Shown here: positions 29,247-38,679 of the stretch, piece after piece
How the letters are laid out: every line of letters starts with the position of its first letter
Position numbering within the stretch: position 1 is the stretch's first letter
Assembly: GCA_051652765.1 (NCBI GenBank)
Contig: JBOFUV010000152.1
Location: forward strand, 1-56,350
DNA length: 56,350 nt
Direction: 5' to 3'
DNA from: Microcoleaceae cyanobacterium
GTDB taxonomy: Bacteria > Cyanobacteriota > Cyanobacteriia > Cyanobacteriales > Microcoleaceae
Notes under the pieces: generated by a model
Databases searched by the model: none
Told to the model about the DNA's origin: nothing
Seen by the model: only the letters and a program-made list of their open reading frames with translations
Program-made: the position numbers and the translations under genes

Positions 29247-29846
29247 ATGGAATTGCAAAAACGCTCCGAACTTGCAGCCCTAGCCGCCCTGGATGCCTTG
29301 GACGGGGAAGAACGCATTTGGGCAGAGAATTACGGGATAGAGTTTCCAGAGTTAGAAGTGGAAATCGAAGACTTCAAAGCCGTTATTGCTCAGTTAGCCT
29401 ATGGTGCTCCTTCAGTTCCAATGGCTGCAAATTTGAAAGACAGGCTATTTCAACGGATTACTCCTAAATCTGAACTCGTTCAAACGGTTGCTGAGGCTAC
29501 TGAAACCGATGATTTGAACATTGCAGAATTGCTACGACAATCTCAGACGGTGAAATGGAGGCCCTATCCCGGTTTGCCAGAGCTTTTGTTAGGGAAGCTG
29601 CGGATTAATCCTGAAACTCGGCAAATTGATTGTTTTATCCGCAGTTGGGGACAGGGAGCGTTCCCCTTGCATCGCCATGCAGCGACCGAGGAAATGATTT
29701 TGCTAGAAGGAGATTTAGTGATTGGAGATCGGTTATACGGTAGAGGCGATCGCATTTGTTCTGATCCCAACACGGTTCATCAACCTAAAACTCAGAATGG
29801 TTGCCTGGTTTTCATCCGTTCTTCTCTAGACAATGAAATACTCTAG
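29247..29846 (+). CDS. ChrR-like anti-sigma factor (anti-sigma domain + cupin)
   Basis: N-terminal ELAALAALDALD.EER..P..LKDRLF anti-sigma helices. C-terminal cupin HRHAATEE..LEGDL..H. Lies just downstream of the ECF sigma. Confidence 0.85.
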   Translation: MELQKRSELAALAALDALDGEERIWAENYGIEFPELEVEIEDFKAVIAQLAYGAPSVPMAANLKDRLFQRITPKSELVQTVAEATETDDLNIAELLRQSQTVKWRPYPGLPELLLGKLRINPETRQIDCFIRSWGQGAFPLHRHAATEEMILLEGDLVIGDRLYGRGDRICSDPNTVHQPKTQNGCLVFIRSSLDNEIL

Positions 29847-29991
29847 AATTTGATGGCTTTAACCCTGAAGATTACAAGCTAAATTACAAGGAATCGAGGT
29901 CTTGATTGTCTGAGTCAGGCAAGATGCCTAATTCATCAAGGTATAGAAGTAATTAAGTCCCTATTCCGAACCTCTCAACATTAACGGGATA

Positions 29992-30017
29992 GATCCAATT
30001 AAAACCTTCCCACGTAT
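29992..30017 (+). promoter_or_regulatory. Putative ECF promoter 2
   Basis: GATCC-N16-CGTAT. Confidence 0.6.
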
Positions 30018-30140
30018 ACCCCTGTAGTTCATTCATCGAGTGAACATTAACGATATTCTCACTTTTTTTGTGAGTGTGAATAGAAGAACTTCCGGGGTGT
30101 TAAAGGTTTATTTAAGCTAGAAAAACTCAATCCAAAATAT

Positions 30141-30161
30141 TTGTGAGCAGCTTGCTCACAA
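30141..30161. promoter_or_regulatory. Perfect palindrome, operator or hairpin
   Basis: TTGTGAGCA-GCT-TGCTCACAA. Confidence 0.4.
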
Positions 30162-30285
30162 GCCAAAACAGCTTGTCATAAGTTGTGTCATTCATGCTGA
30201 CTCAACCCTTAGAAGAATTATCTTCAAGCAAGTATTAGTACTGCTTGTCAGCGTAGAAAAAGCCAAAAAAAATTCAAATCAGACA

Positions 30286-30311
30286 CATCCAAATTCAATT
30301 GTCCAGCGTAT
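30286..30311 (+). promoter_or_regulatory. Putative ECF promoter 3
   Basis: CATCC-N16-CGTAT, about 190 bp upstream of the RTX-DUF4394 start. Confidence 0.6.
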
Positions 30312-30504
30312 TACCCGACAGAAAGAATTCACACCCGCATCATGTTGTGATTGATCAAATTCACACAAAACTGAGGCATTGAAGTAACTCAATCACAGAC
30401 ATAACCAGTCATTCACAAACTAACCAATGAGTTGGTGATAGTGGCGTGTGACTTCATTTCACTGATGAGAAAAATCACCGAAAATAACCACAGGAGAGAC
30501 TCAA

Positions 30505-32535
30505 ATGACAAGTATTTTAGGACTACCCACAGTTAGTTTGCTGGGAACAGCCGGAAATGACAACCTGTTAGGCGACAACGGCAATAATATACTTTTCGGC
30601 CTAGCTGGAGATGACCTACTGTCAGGGCGCGGTGGCAACGATGTATTAGATGGCGGCATGGACAAGGATACCCTCTCGGGTGGAAGCGGCATGGATTTCC
30701 TCCTCGGGGGTTCCGAAGACGATACGCTCAAGGGTGAGAATGATGCCGACGTTTTGGATGGCGGGTCAGGTGACGACGAACTGGAGGGGGGCAATGACAA
30801 AGATGTCCTGTTTGGCGGAACTGGCATGGACAATCTGTTTGGGAATAATGGCGATGATGTTCTGGATGGGGGCGATGATGCCGATGGTCTGTGGGGGGAA
30901 AATGGCAACGATTTGCTCAATGGTGGCAGTGGCGACGACTCCCTTGAAGGCGGGGATGGGGATGATTTGCTGTCGGGTGGAACCGAAGACGATTTCCTCG
31001 GAGGCGGAAATGGGAACGATGTTCTAGAAGGTGGCGATGGGAACGATGCCCTGCGCGGTCACAGCAACAATGACCTGTTGATTGGGAATGTGGGCAATGA
31101 CGTTCTCGCTGGGGATACTGGCACTGACACTCTGGACGGGGGTGACGGCATGGATGCCCTAGGCGGCGGACGCGGTAATGACCTAGCCGATGGCGGTCTG
31201 GGCAATGATCTGATCCTGGGAGAACAGGGTCGAGATACGCTGCAGGGGGGAGCTGGCAGTGATGCAATTGATGGAGATGGAATATTAACGTTTCTTGGTC
31301 TTACGAGTCAAAACACGTTGGTTTCCATCGATCCCAGCGATCCAAGCACTGTGAAAACGATTCAGGTCACGGGGGTAAACGGCACCTTGGAGGGCATTGA
31401 TGTACGTCCCGCCAATAACCTGCTCTACGGTATCACGGACACAGACAAAATTTACACAATTGATTTCAAATCCGGTGCTGCAACCCTGGTTAGTAGCTTG
31501 AATGTGCCGTTCAACGCAGAATTTTCTGGGGTTGATTTTAACCCAGTTCCTGACCGTTTCCGGGTTGTTGGCGATAATGATCAAAACTTCCGGATTAACG
31601 TTGCCACAGGTGAAGTCGCAGACTTTGACCCCAATACACCAGGGATTCAGCCCGATCGGAACCTTGCCTACGCTGCTGGCGATCCCAATTTTGGTAAAGA
31701 CCCCAACGTTACCGCAGTCGCCTACACCAACTCTTTTGCCCCCTCTCCAGATGCCACACGAACCACAACGTTGTATGGCATTGATACCGAACTGGATGTT
31801 CTAGTGCGGCAAGGGGGCTTAGATAGCACACCCCCCTCTCCCAATGAAGGTCAACTGTTTACTATTGGCACGGGTTTGGGATTTGATTTTGATGAGGCCA
31901 CTGGATTTGACATTTTTTCTAGCCCCAATGGGATTAACATTGCTGCTGCCGTATCCAATTCCGTTTTGTACGTGATTGATCTCAACACTGGAGTTGCGAC
32001 CAATGTTGGTCAGGTTGGAGATGGTACCTTCGACTTCCAAGGCTTTGCACAAACCCTAGATCAGAGCACATCAGGGGATGATGTGATCGACGGCGGCGAA
32101 GGCAATGACTTCCTAGCGGGGGGCAACGGCAAGGATACCATTGCTGGCGGCATGGGCGATGACCTCTTGGCTGGAAATGGCGGAGACGACAAACTGACGG
32201 GCAATGACGGCATTGATCGCTTCTCCTTTGGTTCCAATACCTTGTTCAAGCGCCAGGACTTTGGTGTGGACGAAATTACCGACTTTACCCTTGGTGTTGA
32301 CAAGATCGTGTTGGATCAAACCACCTTTGGCCTAATTACTGCGGCTGATATTGCTTTAGTTGCCAATGATGCAGCCGCCCGAACCAGCCCAGGACTGATT
32401 GTTTACAGCACTGGCACGGGTAACTTGTTCTTTAATCAGAATGGTGCGCTGTCAGGACTAGGCGCAGGAGATCAGCTTGCTATGCTGACAGGTGCGCCAG
32501 CCCTAGCGGTGAGTGATTTTGTGATTGTTCCTTAA
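30505..32535 (+). CDS. Secreted RTX (Ca-binding nonapeptide) protein with a central DUF4394-like domain
   Basis: Long N-terminal run of GGxGxDxL repeats. Central GIDVRPAN..LYG, GVDFNPVPDRFRVV, AYTNSF, LYGIDT..L..Q, GFDI motifs. Further RTX repeats and a T1SS-type C-terminus. AGGAG RBS. Confidence 0.88.
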   Translation: MTSILGLPTVSLLGTAGNDNLLGDNGNNILFGLAGDDLLSGRGGNDVLDGGMDKDTLSGGSGMDFLLGGSEDDTLKGENDADVLDGGSGDDELEGGNDKDVLFGGTGMDNLFGNNGDDVLDGGDDADGLWGENGNDLLNGGSGDDSLEGGDGDDLLSGGTEDDFLGGGNGNDVLEGGDGNDALRGHSNNDLLIGNVGNDVLAGDTGTDTLDGGDGMDALGGGRGNDLADGGLGNDLILGEQGRDTLQGGAGSDAIDGDGILTFLGLTSQNTLVSIDPSDPSTVKTIQVTGVNGTLEGIDVRPANNLLYGITDTDKIYTIDFKSGAATLVSSLNVPFNAEFSGVDFNPVPDRFRVVGDNDQNFRINVATGEVADFDPNTPGIQPDRNLAYAAGDPNFGKDPNVTAVAYTNSFAPSPDATRTTTLYGIDTELDVLVRQGGLDSTPPSPNEGQLFTIGTGLGFDFDEATGFDIFSSPNGINIAAAVSNSVLYVIDLNTGVATNVGQVGDGTFDFQGFAQTLDQSTSGDDVIDGGEGNDFLAGGNGKDTIAGGMGDDLLAGNGGDDKLTGNDGIDRFSFGSNTLFKRQDFGVDEITDFTLGVDKIVLDQTTFGLITAADIALVANDAAARTSPGLIVYSTGTGNLFFNQNGALSGLGAGDQLAMLTGAPALAVSDFVIVP

Positions 32536-32552
32536 GAGATTCGGTTGAACTC

Positions 32553-32588
32553 CCCCACCCTTTAGCTTAACCAGAGGGTGGGGTTTTT
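32553..32588 (+). terminator. Intrinsic terminator
   Basis: CCCCACCCTTT..AGAGGGTGGGG followed by TTTTT. Confidence 0.8.
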
Positions 32589-32605
32589 AATTTCACAGAG
32601 GCCAC

Positions 32606-32729
32606 AAGCCATCTGATTTGCAGCATGAATGTGGAATGAGCATCTTGCCCGTACAGGCTGAAAGGGCAACAATTCTTCTGGATTTAAAGCCTGTGCCACA
32701 GGTATCTCACAAATCATTCCTGATTGCTA
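32606..32729 (-). mobile_element. MITE-like repeat, family A, copy 3 (longest)
   Basis: Reverse complement TAGCAATCAGGAATGATTTGTGAGATACCTGTGGCACAGGCT...GGGCAAGATGCTCATTCCACATTCA..CAAATCAGATGGCTT aligns with 5581-5675. Its terminal TAG is the stop codon of the SDR gene. Confidence 0.65.
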
Positions 32730-33515
32730 TAGAACTTGGGGTTTTGGCTTGAGGGGGGAGGCTAAGACTAAAATCTTGTCCATCAACCAGGGTGCAATCC
32801 GACTACACCATACCGCTAGACGGCTCTGCCAACCAACTATAATTTCGGCAGCATCCCGTCGTAACCCCTTAACTAAGGACTGAGCCACTCGTTCAGGAGT
32901 CATCGGTACGACCCAACGAAAAAGCTGAGTTTGACGGGACATGTCCGTGTCTGTGAGGGTTGGCAGTAGGGCTGTTACCCGAATATTGTGTTCTGCCAGT
33001 TCTCCCCGCAGCGCTTGGGTAAATCCTAAAATTGCAAATTTAGTGGCAGAGTAAGTGGACATGGTTGGAGCCGCAATTTTTCCCATCAAGCTAGAGACAT
33101 TAACAATCGTTCCCTGCTTGCGAGCTGCCATGCGACGGGCTACAGAGCGGGTCATGGTATAGAGTCCCATCAAATTTAGGGAAATCTCTTCCTGAAGATT
33201 GGGCAACTTGGATTGCAGGAATGGCGTTTGATGAGCAACTCCAGCACAGTTTACCAACAAATCAATCGGCCCGTAGGCTCGCCATGCTTGGGCAATTGTC
33301 ATGTTCACTTGAGTTGGTTGGGTCAAATCAATGACGAGGGTGACAACTTCTACACCCAAAGCTTCAATATTTGCGGCTAGGTCAGCTAATCGCTCTCGAT
33401 CTCGTGCGACGAGGAGCAATTTGGCGACACCGCTTTTTGCTAACTCAAGGGCGATCGCCTGTCCAATACCACGGGAAGCCCCTGTGACCAAGGCTGTTAT
33501 TCCTTGAAGTTTCAT
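32727..33515 (-). CDS. Short-chain dehydrogenase/reductase
   Basis: TGASRGIG, NCAG, catalytic S...YSATK. ATG 33515 follows GGAGG. Confidence 0.93.
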   Translation of the reverse strand: MKLQGITALVTGASRGIGQAIALELAKSGVAKLLLVARDRERLADLAANIEALGVEVVTLVIDLTQPTQVNMTIAQAWRAYGPIDLLVNCAGVAHQTPFLQSKLPNLQEEISLNLMGLYTMTRSVARRMAARKQGTIVNVSSLMGKIAAPTMSTYSATKFAILGFTQALRGELAEHNIRVTALLPTLTDTDMSRQTQLFRWVVPMTPERVAQSLVKGLRRDAAEIIVGWQSRLAVWCSRIAPWLMDKILVLASPLKPKPQVL

Positions 33516-33967
33516 CAGAAAAACCTCCATTGTTGAGAGATCACAGTCAGTTCAGATCAAGTTAAGACAGTCTGTTCTTGCAATTGAGGGCCTTAAACTT
33601 ACCACCGAACCAAACTATGACAAAGAGTTGAACTGAACATCAAACTGAAAATTAAGCTAAAAATCGAACTGAAATTGAATGAATCAATCAGTCATCATCT
33701 GCTCTGACTCCGATAGGTTCTGGATTGTCCGAACTTGACTTGAGGGCGAAATTACCTTGTCTTACTCTGCCCATCAAGGAAATTATTCAAGAATCGTTCA
33801 AGAATTGCTCAAGAATGCTGATTGTTCAAAATCACGGCGAGAGCCTCCTAAGCAAGCTAGCTAAATTGAAGAGTTCCTGGAAAATAGTTTGTCTGGACAA
33901 ATTCTATAGGGGCGTTGCTCAATAGGCGTTGCTTAATGGCAGTGTGATTCCGCCTCGCCAAAGCTTC

Positions 33968-34016
33968 AGTTGAATACACTTAAGTTGAATAAACTTAAGT
34001 TGAACACGCTTAAGTT
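33968..34016. repeat. Tandem repeat, 15-bp unit x3
   Basis: AGTTGAATACACTTA / AGTTGAATAAACTTA / AGTTGAACACGCTTA. Confidence 0.85.
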
Positions 34017-34125
34017 AGACATGCCAACAGCCAAACTGTGAATCTGGCAATGAATTCGATCGACAGGTGCGAAACAAAGAGAAGAGCAAGTACTGAACTG
34101 CCTCACGGGGTTCAAAGATTACCAT
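34015..34125 (-). CDS. Unannotated small ORF (36 aa)
   Basis: GGAGG-N10-ATG, MVIFEPREAVQYLLFSLFRTCRSNSLPDSQFGCWHV*, with an upstream promoter at 34293-34321. Confidence 0.45.
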   Translation of the reverse strand: MVIFEPREAVQYLLFSLFRTCRSNSLPDSQFGCWHV

Positions 34126-34292
34126 GATTAAAGTTCCTCCAAACGATTCTAGCGTTAGTCATCCAATACAGGACTGGCAAGCTTGCACAGACATTCACAC
34201 CAATAACAGACTGATCAAGGCCGGAGTGTAAAGTTGGACGTGGGTCATCAATTGCCCCAATGTCAGTGGTTATTCAAGAACCTTACTTGCAC

Positions 34293-34321
34293 AATCTAAC
34301 AACTCAATCAAGTAATTGCAA
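34293..34321 (-). promoter_or_regulatory. Sigma70-type promoter with an extended -10
   Basis: Minus strand TTGCAA-N17-TAGATT with TG at -15/-14. Confidence 0.5.
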
Positions 34322-34420
34322 TATTTTTTAATAAACTTTGCTTAGGATTTCGTTACATTAGTACTCATAACTAACCCTTCATAACTGACCTTTCATAACT
34401 AAACTTTCAAGCCCGAACTT

Positions 34421-35719
34421 TCAAACCCGAACCTTCAAAAAGTGTCCAATTAAATAGAGCGACCCGCAGAGAACTGTTAAACCCTGATCTTGAGAGCAAG
34501 CTGTTTCCAGAGCAACCGTCAATCCTGGGTGAGCTTGACAAGCATCCAACTCCGGACAGATCTGGAGAGCCAGTCGAGCCAATTCTGGGGGATCGGCAGA
34601 ACTATGGTCAGGCACTGGAACCAAATGGAGGCGATCGCCCCGCTGTAATAACGCTTGAAAAATATCAGCATGATCCTTCGTTGAAAGCATTCCCATCACC
34701 CAAGTCACAGATTCCGGGTGTGAGTTACAAAACGTAGGGTTGAAGCCTGATCCAGACCCCTCTGAACCCCTGAGACGGTTGACATAGTGGCTCAATGCTT
34801 GGGCTGCTGCTGGATTATGAGCACCATCAATTAACACGGGAAAACCTCCCCAGGTTGTCCACTGAATCCGCCCCGGCCAACAAGTTTTGGCCATACCCTG
34901 CTGAATTGCAGTATCAGAAATTGGCCATCCCTGATGCTGCAAGGTTCGCAGTGTGGCAATGGCCAGGGCTGAATTCATCAACTGGATCTCACCCAATAAC
35001 GGTAACGGATACTCAATTCCGTCGAAGAAAGCATAGGACTCTGCTTGAGCCATTGCAGGTTTGACCCAAGTCACCGGACAGTTTAGGTCTGTAATTCTGC
35101 GCTCTACAACGGCTTGGGCCTCTGGCGGCAATTCTCCAATGATTGCAGGGCAGTTGGGCTTGAGGATGCCAGCTTTTTCGCGGGCGATATCGGCCAAGGT
35201 CGGGCCAAGTCGTTGCCAATGTTCTCGACTGAGGGAGGTGATCACCGTTGCCAAGGGGCGATCGCAAACATTGGTTGCGTCCAGTCGTCCTCCCAATCCC
35301 ACCTCAATCACGGCCAAGTCTACCTGTTGTTGGGCAAAATAGAGCCAAGCCGCTGCTGTGATCACTTCAAACTGGGTCGGCGAAGGTTCATTGGGTACAA
35401 TTGCCCGTTCAACCTCCAGCAAGATCCGCTGCAACTCTTGGGATGAAATGGGCTGCTGATTTAGGCAAATTCGTTCTGTCCAGTCAATCAGGTGAGGAGA
35501 TGTGTACCGTCCCACCCGATATCCGGCCTCAGCCAACCCAGCAGATAGGTAGGCGCAGACCGAACCCTTGCCGTTGGTGCCAGCAACGTGAATGATTGGC
35601 ACTTGGTGATGGGGGTTTCTCAAGTTCCCTAACAATATTTGAATCCGTTCTAAACCCAGGTGAACTCCAAAGCGGTCGTATTTCTGTAGAAATTTCTGTA
35701 GAAATGTATCTATATCCAC
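34421..35719 (-). CDS. folC: Folylpolyglutamate synthase / dihydrofolate synthase
   Basis: HVAGTNGKGS, YTSPHL, EVGLGGRLDATN, EKAGI, DGAHN, CGSLYL. Confidence 0.96.
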   Translation of the reverse strand: MDIDTFLQKFLQKYDRFGVHLGLERIQILLGNLRNPHHQVPIIHVAGTNGKGSVCAYLSAGLAEAGYRVGRYTSPHLIDWTERICLNQQPISSQELQRILLEVERAIVPNEPSPTQFEVITAAAWLYFAQQQVDLAVIEVGLGGRLDATNVCDRPLATVITSLSREHWQRLGPTLADIAREKAGILKPNCPAIIGELPPEAQAVVERRITDLNCPVTWVKPAMAQAESYAFFDGIEYPLPLLGEIQLMNSALAIATLRTLQHQGWPISDTAIQQGMAKTCWPGRIQWTTWGGFPVLIDGAHNPAAAQALSHYVNRLRGSEGSGSGFNPTFCNSHPESVTWVMGMLSTKDHADIFQALLQRGDRLHLVPVPDHSSADPPELARLALQICPELDACQAHPGLTVALETACSQDQGLTVLCGSLYLIGHFLKVRV

Positions 35720-35776
35720 GGTATTGCCTGTAAAACTTAGAAATTAGAGAGAGAAAGACTAAAAGACACCCTGGAT

Positions 35777-36103
35777 TTATGGTTCTGGGTTTTTCGGCTC
35801 TGGGGATTGATCGAGGATCTTTTCCTGGAGCGATCGCAAAGACATTCGGGGAATGTAAGGCCAACCTCCTTGTGACTCAATCTCTCGCAGCAGATGATAC
35901 AAAGCTTGGCGATTATCTGGCAAAGTCTCTTGGAATAGACTGTCTCGAATTTCCTGATGTAGACTTTCCAGGGTTCGGAGCAGGGCCAACAGAGCTAGGG
36001 GATCTCCCGCAAAACCTTGGCCCATGATCTGAATCTGTTCCCTCAACCGCTGTAGTTGAGTAGGCGAGTTCCCTAGACTCGAGCTTTGGTGATGATCTAG
36101 CAT
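35777..36103 (-). CDS. Conserved-looking hypothetical protein
   Basis: LLALLR.LE.LH.EIRD.LFQ..LPDNRQALY.LLREIE..GGWPYIPRM, co-oriented upstream of folC. Confidence 0.75.
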   Translation of the reverse strand: MLDHHQSSSLGNSPTQLQRLREQIQIMGQGFAGDPLALLALLRTLESLHQEIRDSLFQETLPDNRQALYHLLREIESQGGWPYIPRMSLRSLQEKILDQSPEPKNPEP

Positions 36104-36501
36104 GATTTAATCGGTAAGGAAAGAGTACATAGCATTCAGTCTTCTATCGTAATTTTCAATTGGGTTAGCTACAGTTTGAGGGGTAGAGGAGCACCATCAC
36201 AACATATTTCTATAGAAGTTTCTCAGAATATGAGGCAGTTAAGGTAAGTATATAAACTTAATTTGAGCGTATTCTGAAGCTCGGAGTTACAAAAATTTCA
36301 TCAGCCATGTAGAATGCAGTATTGGGCTCCCTTTCATACTCTCGTTGCAGTATGGGTTTGGCTCTTCCATGAATCTCCTGGTCAAGTCGGAGAGAATGTT
36401 AAGAAAGCTGACATTTTATTAAAGTGTTTTATGAAAATGTTTTATTAAAATGTTCAGACTGTGGTTCCTGTTAAATAGCAATTTTGATATTGAGGTTGAA
36501 A

Positions 36502-37338
36502 ATGAAATATCGCGCCTTAGTTGCTACACTCCTAGCCCTGTGTTTGAGCGTGTTGACGGCCTGTTCAGAAGGGCCTTCTTCTAAAGCTCCTGAGCTATTG
36601 ACCTATGACGACATCAGAAATACTGGTTTGGCGGTCAACTGTCCTAGCTTGCCTGAAACAGCACGGGGATCGATTGCTCTTGAGCGAGGAAATGGTTATC
36701 AAATTACTGGGTTGTGCTTGCAACCAACAGAGTATTTTGTCAAGGAAGAACCAACAAGCAAGCGCCAAGAGGCGGAATTTATCAATAGTCGGCTACTCAC
36801 CCGTAGAACCTATAGCTTGGATCAAGTTGGCGGCAGGTTAGACCTGAATTCAGAGGGTGTCTTGACCTTTACTGAGGAATATGGAATTGATTTCCAACCC
36901 ATCACCGTTCAACTCCCAGGAGGTGAACAGATTCCTTTCCTCTTTACTATCAAAGGGCTAGTTGCCCAGAGCCAACCCGGATTAGCGAGTATTGGCACAT
37001 CTACAGACTTTGAAGGCAAATTTAATGTTCCGTCCTACCGAGGATCAACCTTCTTAGATCCTAAGGGTCGGGGTTTGGCATCAGGCTATGACAATGCCGT
37101 AGCTTTGCCTGCAACCTCAGATGAGAAGGAATTTCTCAAGGCGAATATCAAGCAAGCCGATACCCTGGTAGATGTGGGTCAAATTTCCATGCAGGTCTCC
37201 AAAGTAGATAGTGAAACAGGAGAAATTGCTGGGATTTTTGAAAGTGAACAACCTTCAGACTCTGACTTGGGAGCAAGAGAAGCGGTCAATGTCAAAGTTC
37301 GGGGTGTGTTCTTTGCTCGGATTGAGAAAGCAGCTTAA
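36502..37338 (+). CDS. psbO: Photosystem II manganese-stabilizing protein
   Basis: MKYRAL signal, LTYDDIRNTGLA.NCP, GIDFQPITVQLPGGE, FLDPKGRG, GYDNAVALP. Confidence 0.98.
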   Translation: MKYRALVATLLALCLSVLTACSEGPSSKAPELLTYDDIRNTGLAVNCPSLPETARGSIALERGNGYQITGLCLQPTEYFVKEEPTSKRQEAEFINSRLLTRRTYSLDQVGGRLDLNSEGVLTFTEEYGIDFQPITVQLPGGEQIPFLFTIKGLVAQSQPGLASIGTSTDFEGKFNVPSYRGSTFLDPKGRGLASGYDNAVALPATSDEKEFLKANIKQADTLVDVGQISMQVSKVDSETGEIAGIFESEQPSDSDLGAREAVNVKVRGVFFARIEKAA

Positions 37339-37413
37339 TCTAGCGACTCAAACGCTGAATCAGATTAAATCAAGATTAAATCAAAGTTCAATCAAGATTT
37401 AGTCTTAAATTCC

Positions 37414-37435
37414 AGGGGCGATGAGTCCCTTTTTT
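37414..37435 (+). terminator. psbO terminator
   Basis: AGGGGC-GATGA-GTCCCT-TTTTT. Confidence 0.65.
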
Positions 37436-37821
37436 GTTGCGAAGATAACTTTTATCTGATAAGTTTCCAGTCAGATAGGCTGTCTGATCTTTATTCAAAG
37501 TCAGTGATTGGGTTTCCCAGAGACCTAGTTTCCCAGGAACATGCCCTGTAGTCAGGGAGTTGCTGCAAGAGGAGTTATGGATTATACTTGATCTTTGTGA
37601 GGTTTGGCAGATCTGTTAGTCGTTTAGCTAAGTTCTAATCAGTTCTAGTGCATCCTCTAGTCCAAGGCTTTTCAATGGATTGCGTGAAATTTGTGTGAAA
37701 TTTATGTAGAAAGCAGCCATCCTTATCAGTGATTACACGTAAAGACTATTGAAAATTTTATACATTTCAAATTCAGTAACTTCACTTAAAGCCATACCTT
37801 AGATGTTAGTTCGTTAAAGTC

Positions 37822-38619
37822 ATGAAACCTGTTACAACGGCTGTTCAGAAAACCCATTCGCTCAGAGGTGAAAGCTTAGAACTTTTGCAGGAATACCGCC
37901 GTTCTCCCTCTAGCCATATTCGCAACCAGTTGGTTCAGATGAACCTTGGCTTAGTTCGTCGGGAGGTGAATCACTGGATTCACCAATGTACTGAAACCTA
38001 CGATGATCTCCTTCAAGTGGGCTGCTTGGGTCTGATTCGGGCCATCGAACGCTATGATTTGTCTAGGGGTCATGCCTTCAGCTCATTTGCCGTTCCCTAC
38101 ATTCGGGGAGAGATTCAACACTACCTCCGAGATAAGAGTCCGACGATTCGAGTCCCGCGCCAATGGTTAGAGTTGCAGCGTGAGGGGACTCAGGTTGCTC
38201 AAGCCCTTCAGATTAGATTGAAGCGCCGCCCCACCGATTTAGAAGTGGCGAATGCTCTGGGTATCTCTCTGGCTGAATGGAATCAGGCCAAGTTAGCAGG
38301 GTGTAATCGTTCGTTACTGAGTTTAGATGCTCCTGTTCAGGACGAGGGAGAGGGGGCAACATGCCTAGGAGAGATTGTTCCGGATACTCGGTATCGGAGT
38401 TTTCAACTCGCCCAAGAGGATCAAATCCGTTTGCAGCAAGCTCTAGCTCGGTTAGAAGAAGGAACTCGTCGGGTTTTAGAGTTTGTTTTTCTCTATGACC
38501 TGACTCAAAAGGAGACGGCTGAACGCATGGGAATTAGCCCGGTCACAGTTTCCCGGCGAGTCAAGAAGGGCCTTGGCACACTCAAACAAGTCATGAAAGG
38601 CGTAGAAGCAGAGGATTAA
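37822..38619 (+). CDS. sigF: Group 3 sigma factor SigF (SigB/F/G family)
   Basis: YDDLLQVG..GLIRAIER, FSSFAVPYIRGEIQHYLRD, LSLDAP, TQKETAE..GISPVTVSRR. Located downstream of psbO. Confidence 0.88.
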   Translation: MKPVTTAVQKTHSLRGESLELLQEYRRSPSSHIRNQLVQMNLGLVRREVNHWIHQCTETYDDLLQVGCLGLIRAIERYDLSRGHAFSSFAVPYIRGEIQHYLRDKSPTIRVPRQWLELQREGTQVAQALQIRLKRRPTDLEVANALGISLAEWNQAKLAGCNRSLLSLDAPVQDEGEGATCLGEIVPDTRYRSFQLAQEDQIRLQQALARLEEGTRRVLEFVFLYDLTQKETAERMGISPVTVSRRVKKGLGTLKQVMKGVEAED

Positions 38620-38679
38620 CCACCCAGTACAGGGTTGATTATCCTACTGCTGCTATGCTGTGCCATCCTCAAGCTGGAA

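Noticed and set aside
30141..30161. lacO-like palindrome as vector contamination or a CRP site
   Set aside because: Spacing differs from lacO and from TGTGA-N6-TCACA (here N9), and no vector sequence flanks it. Kept only as an unassigned palindrome.
32727..33515. SDR as HetN
   Set aside because: No RGSGR pentapeptide (the equivalent region reads RKQGT) and no heterocyst glycolipid genes nearby.
33725..33925. 66-aa plus-strand ORF in the SDR upstream region
   Set aside because: TTG start, no RBS, and it runs through degenerate tandem repeats.
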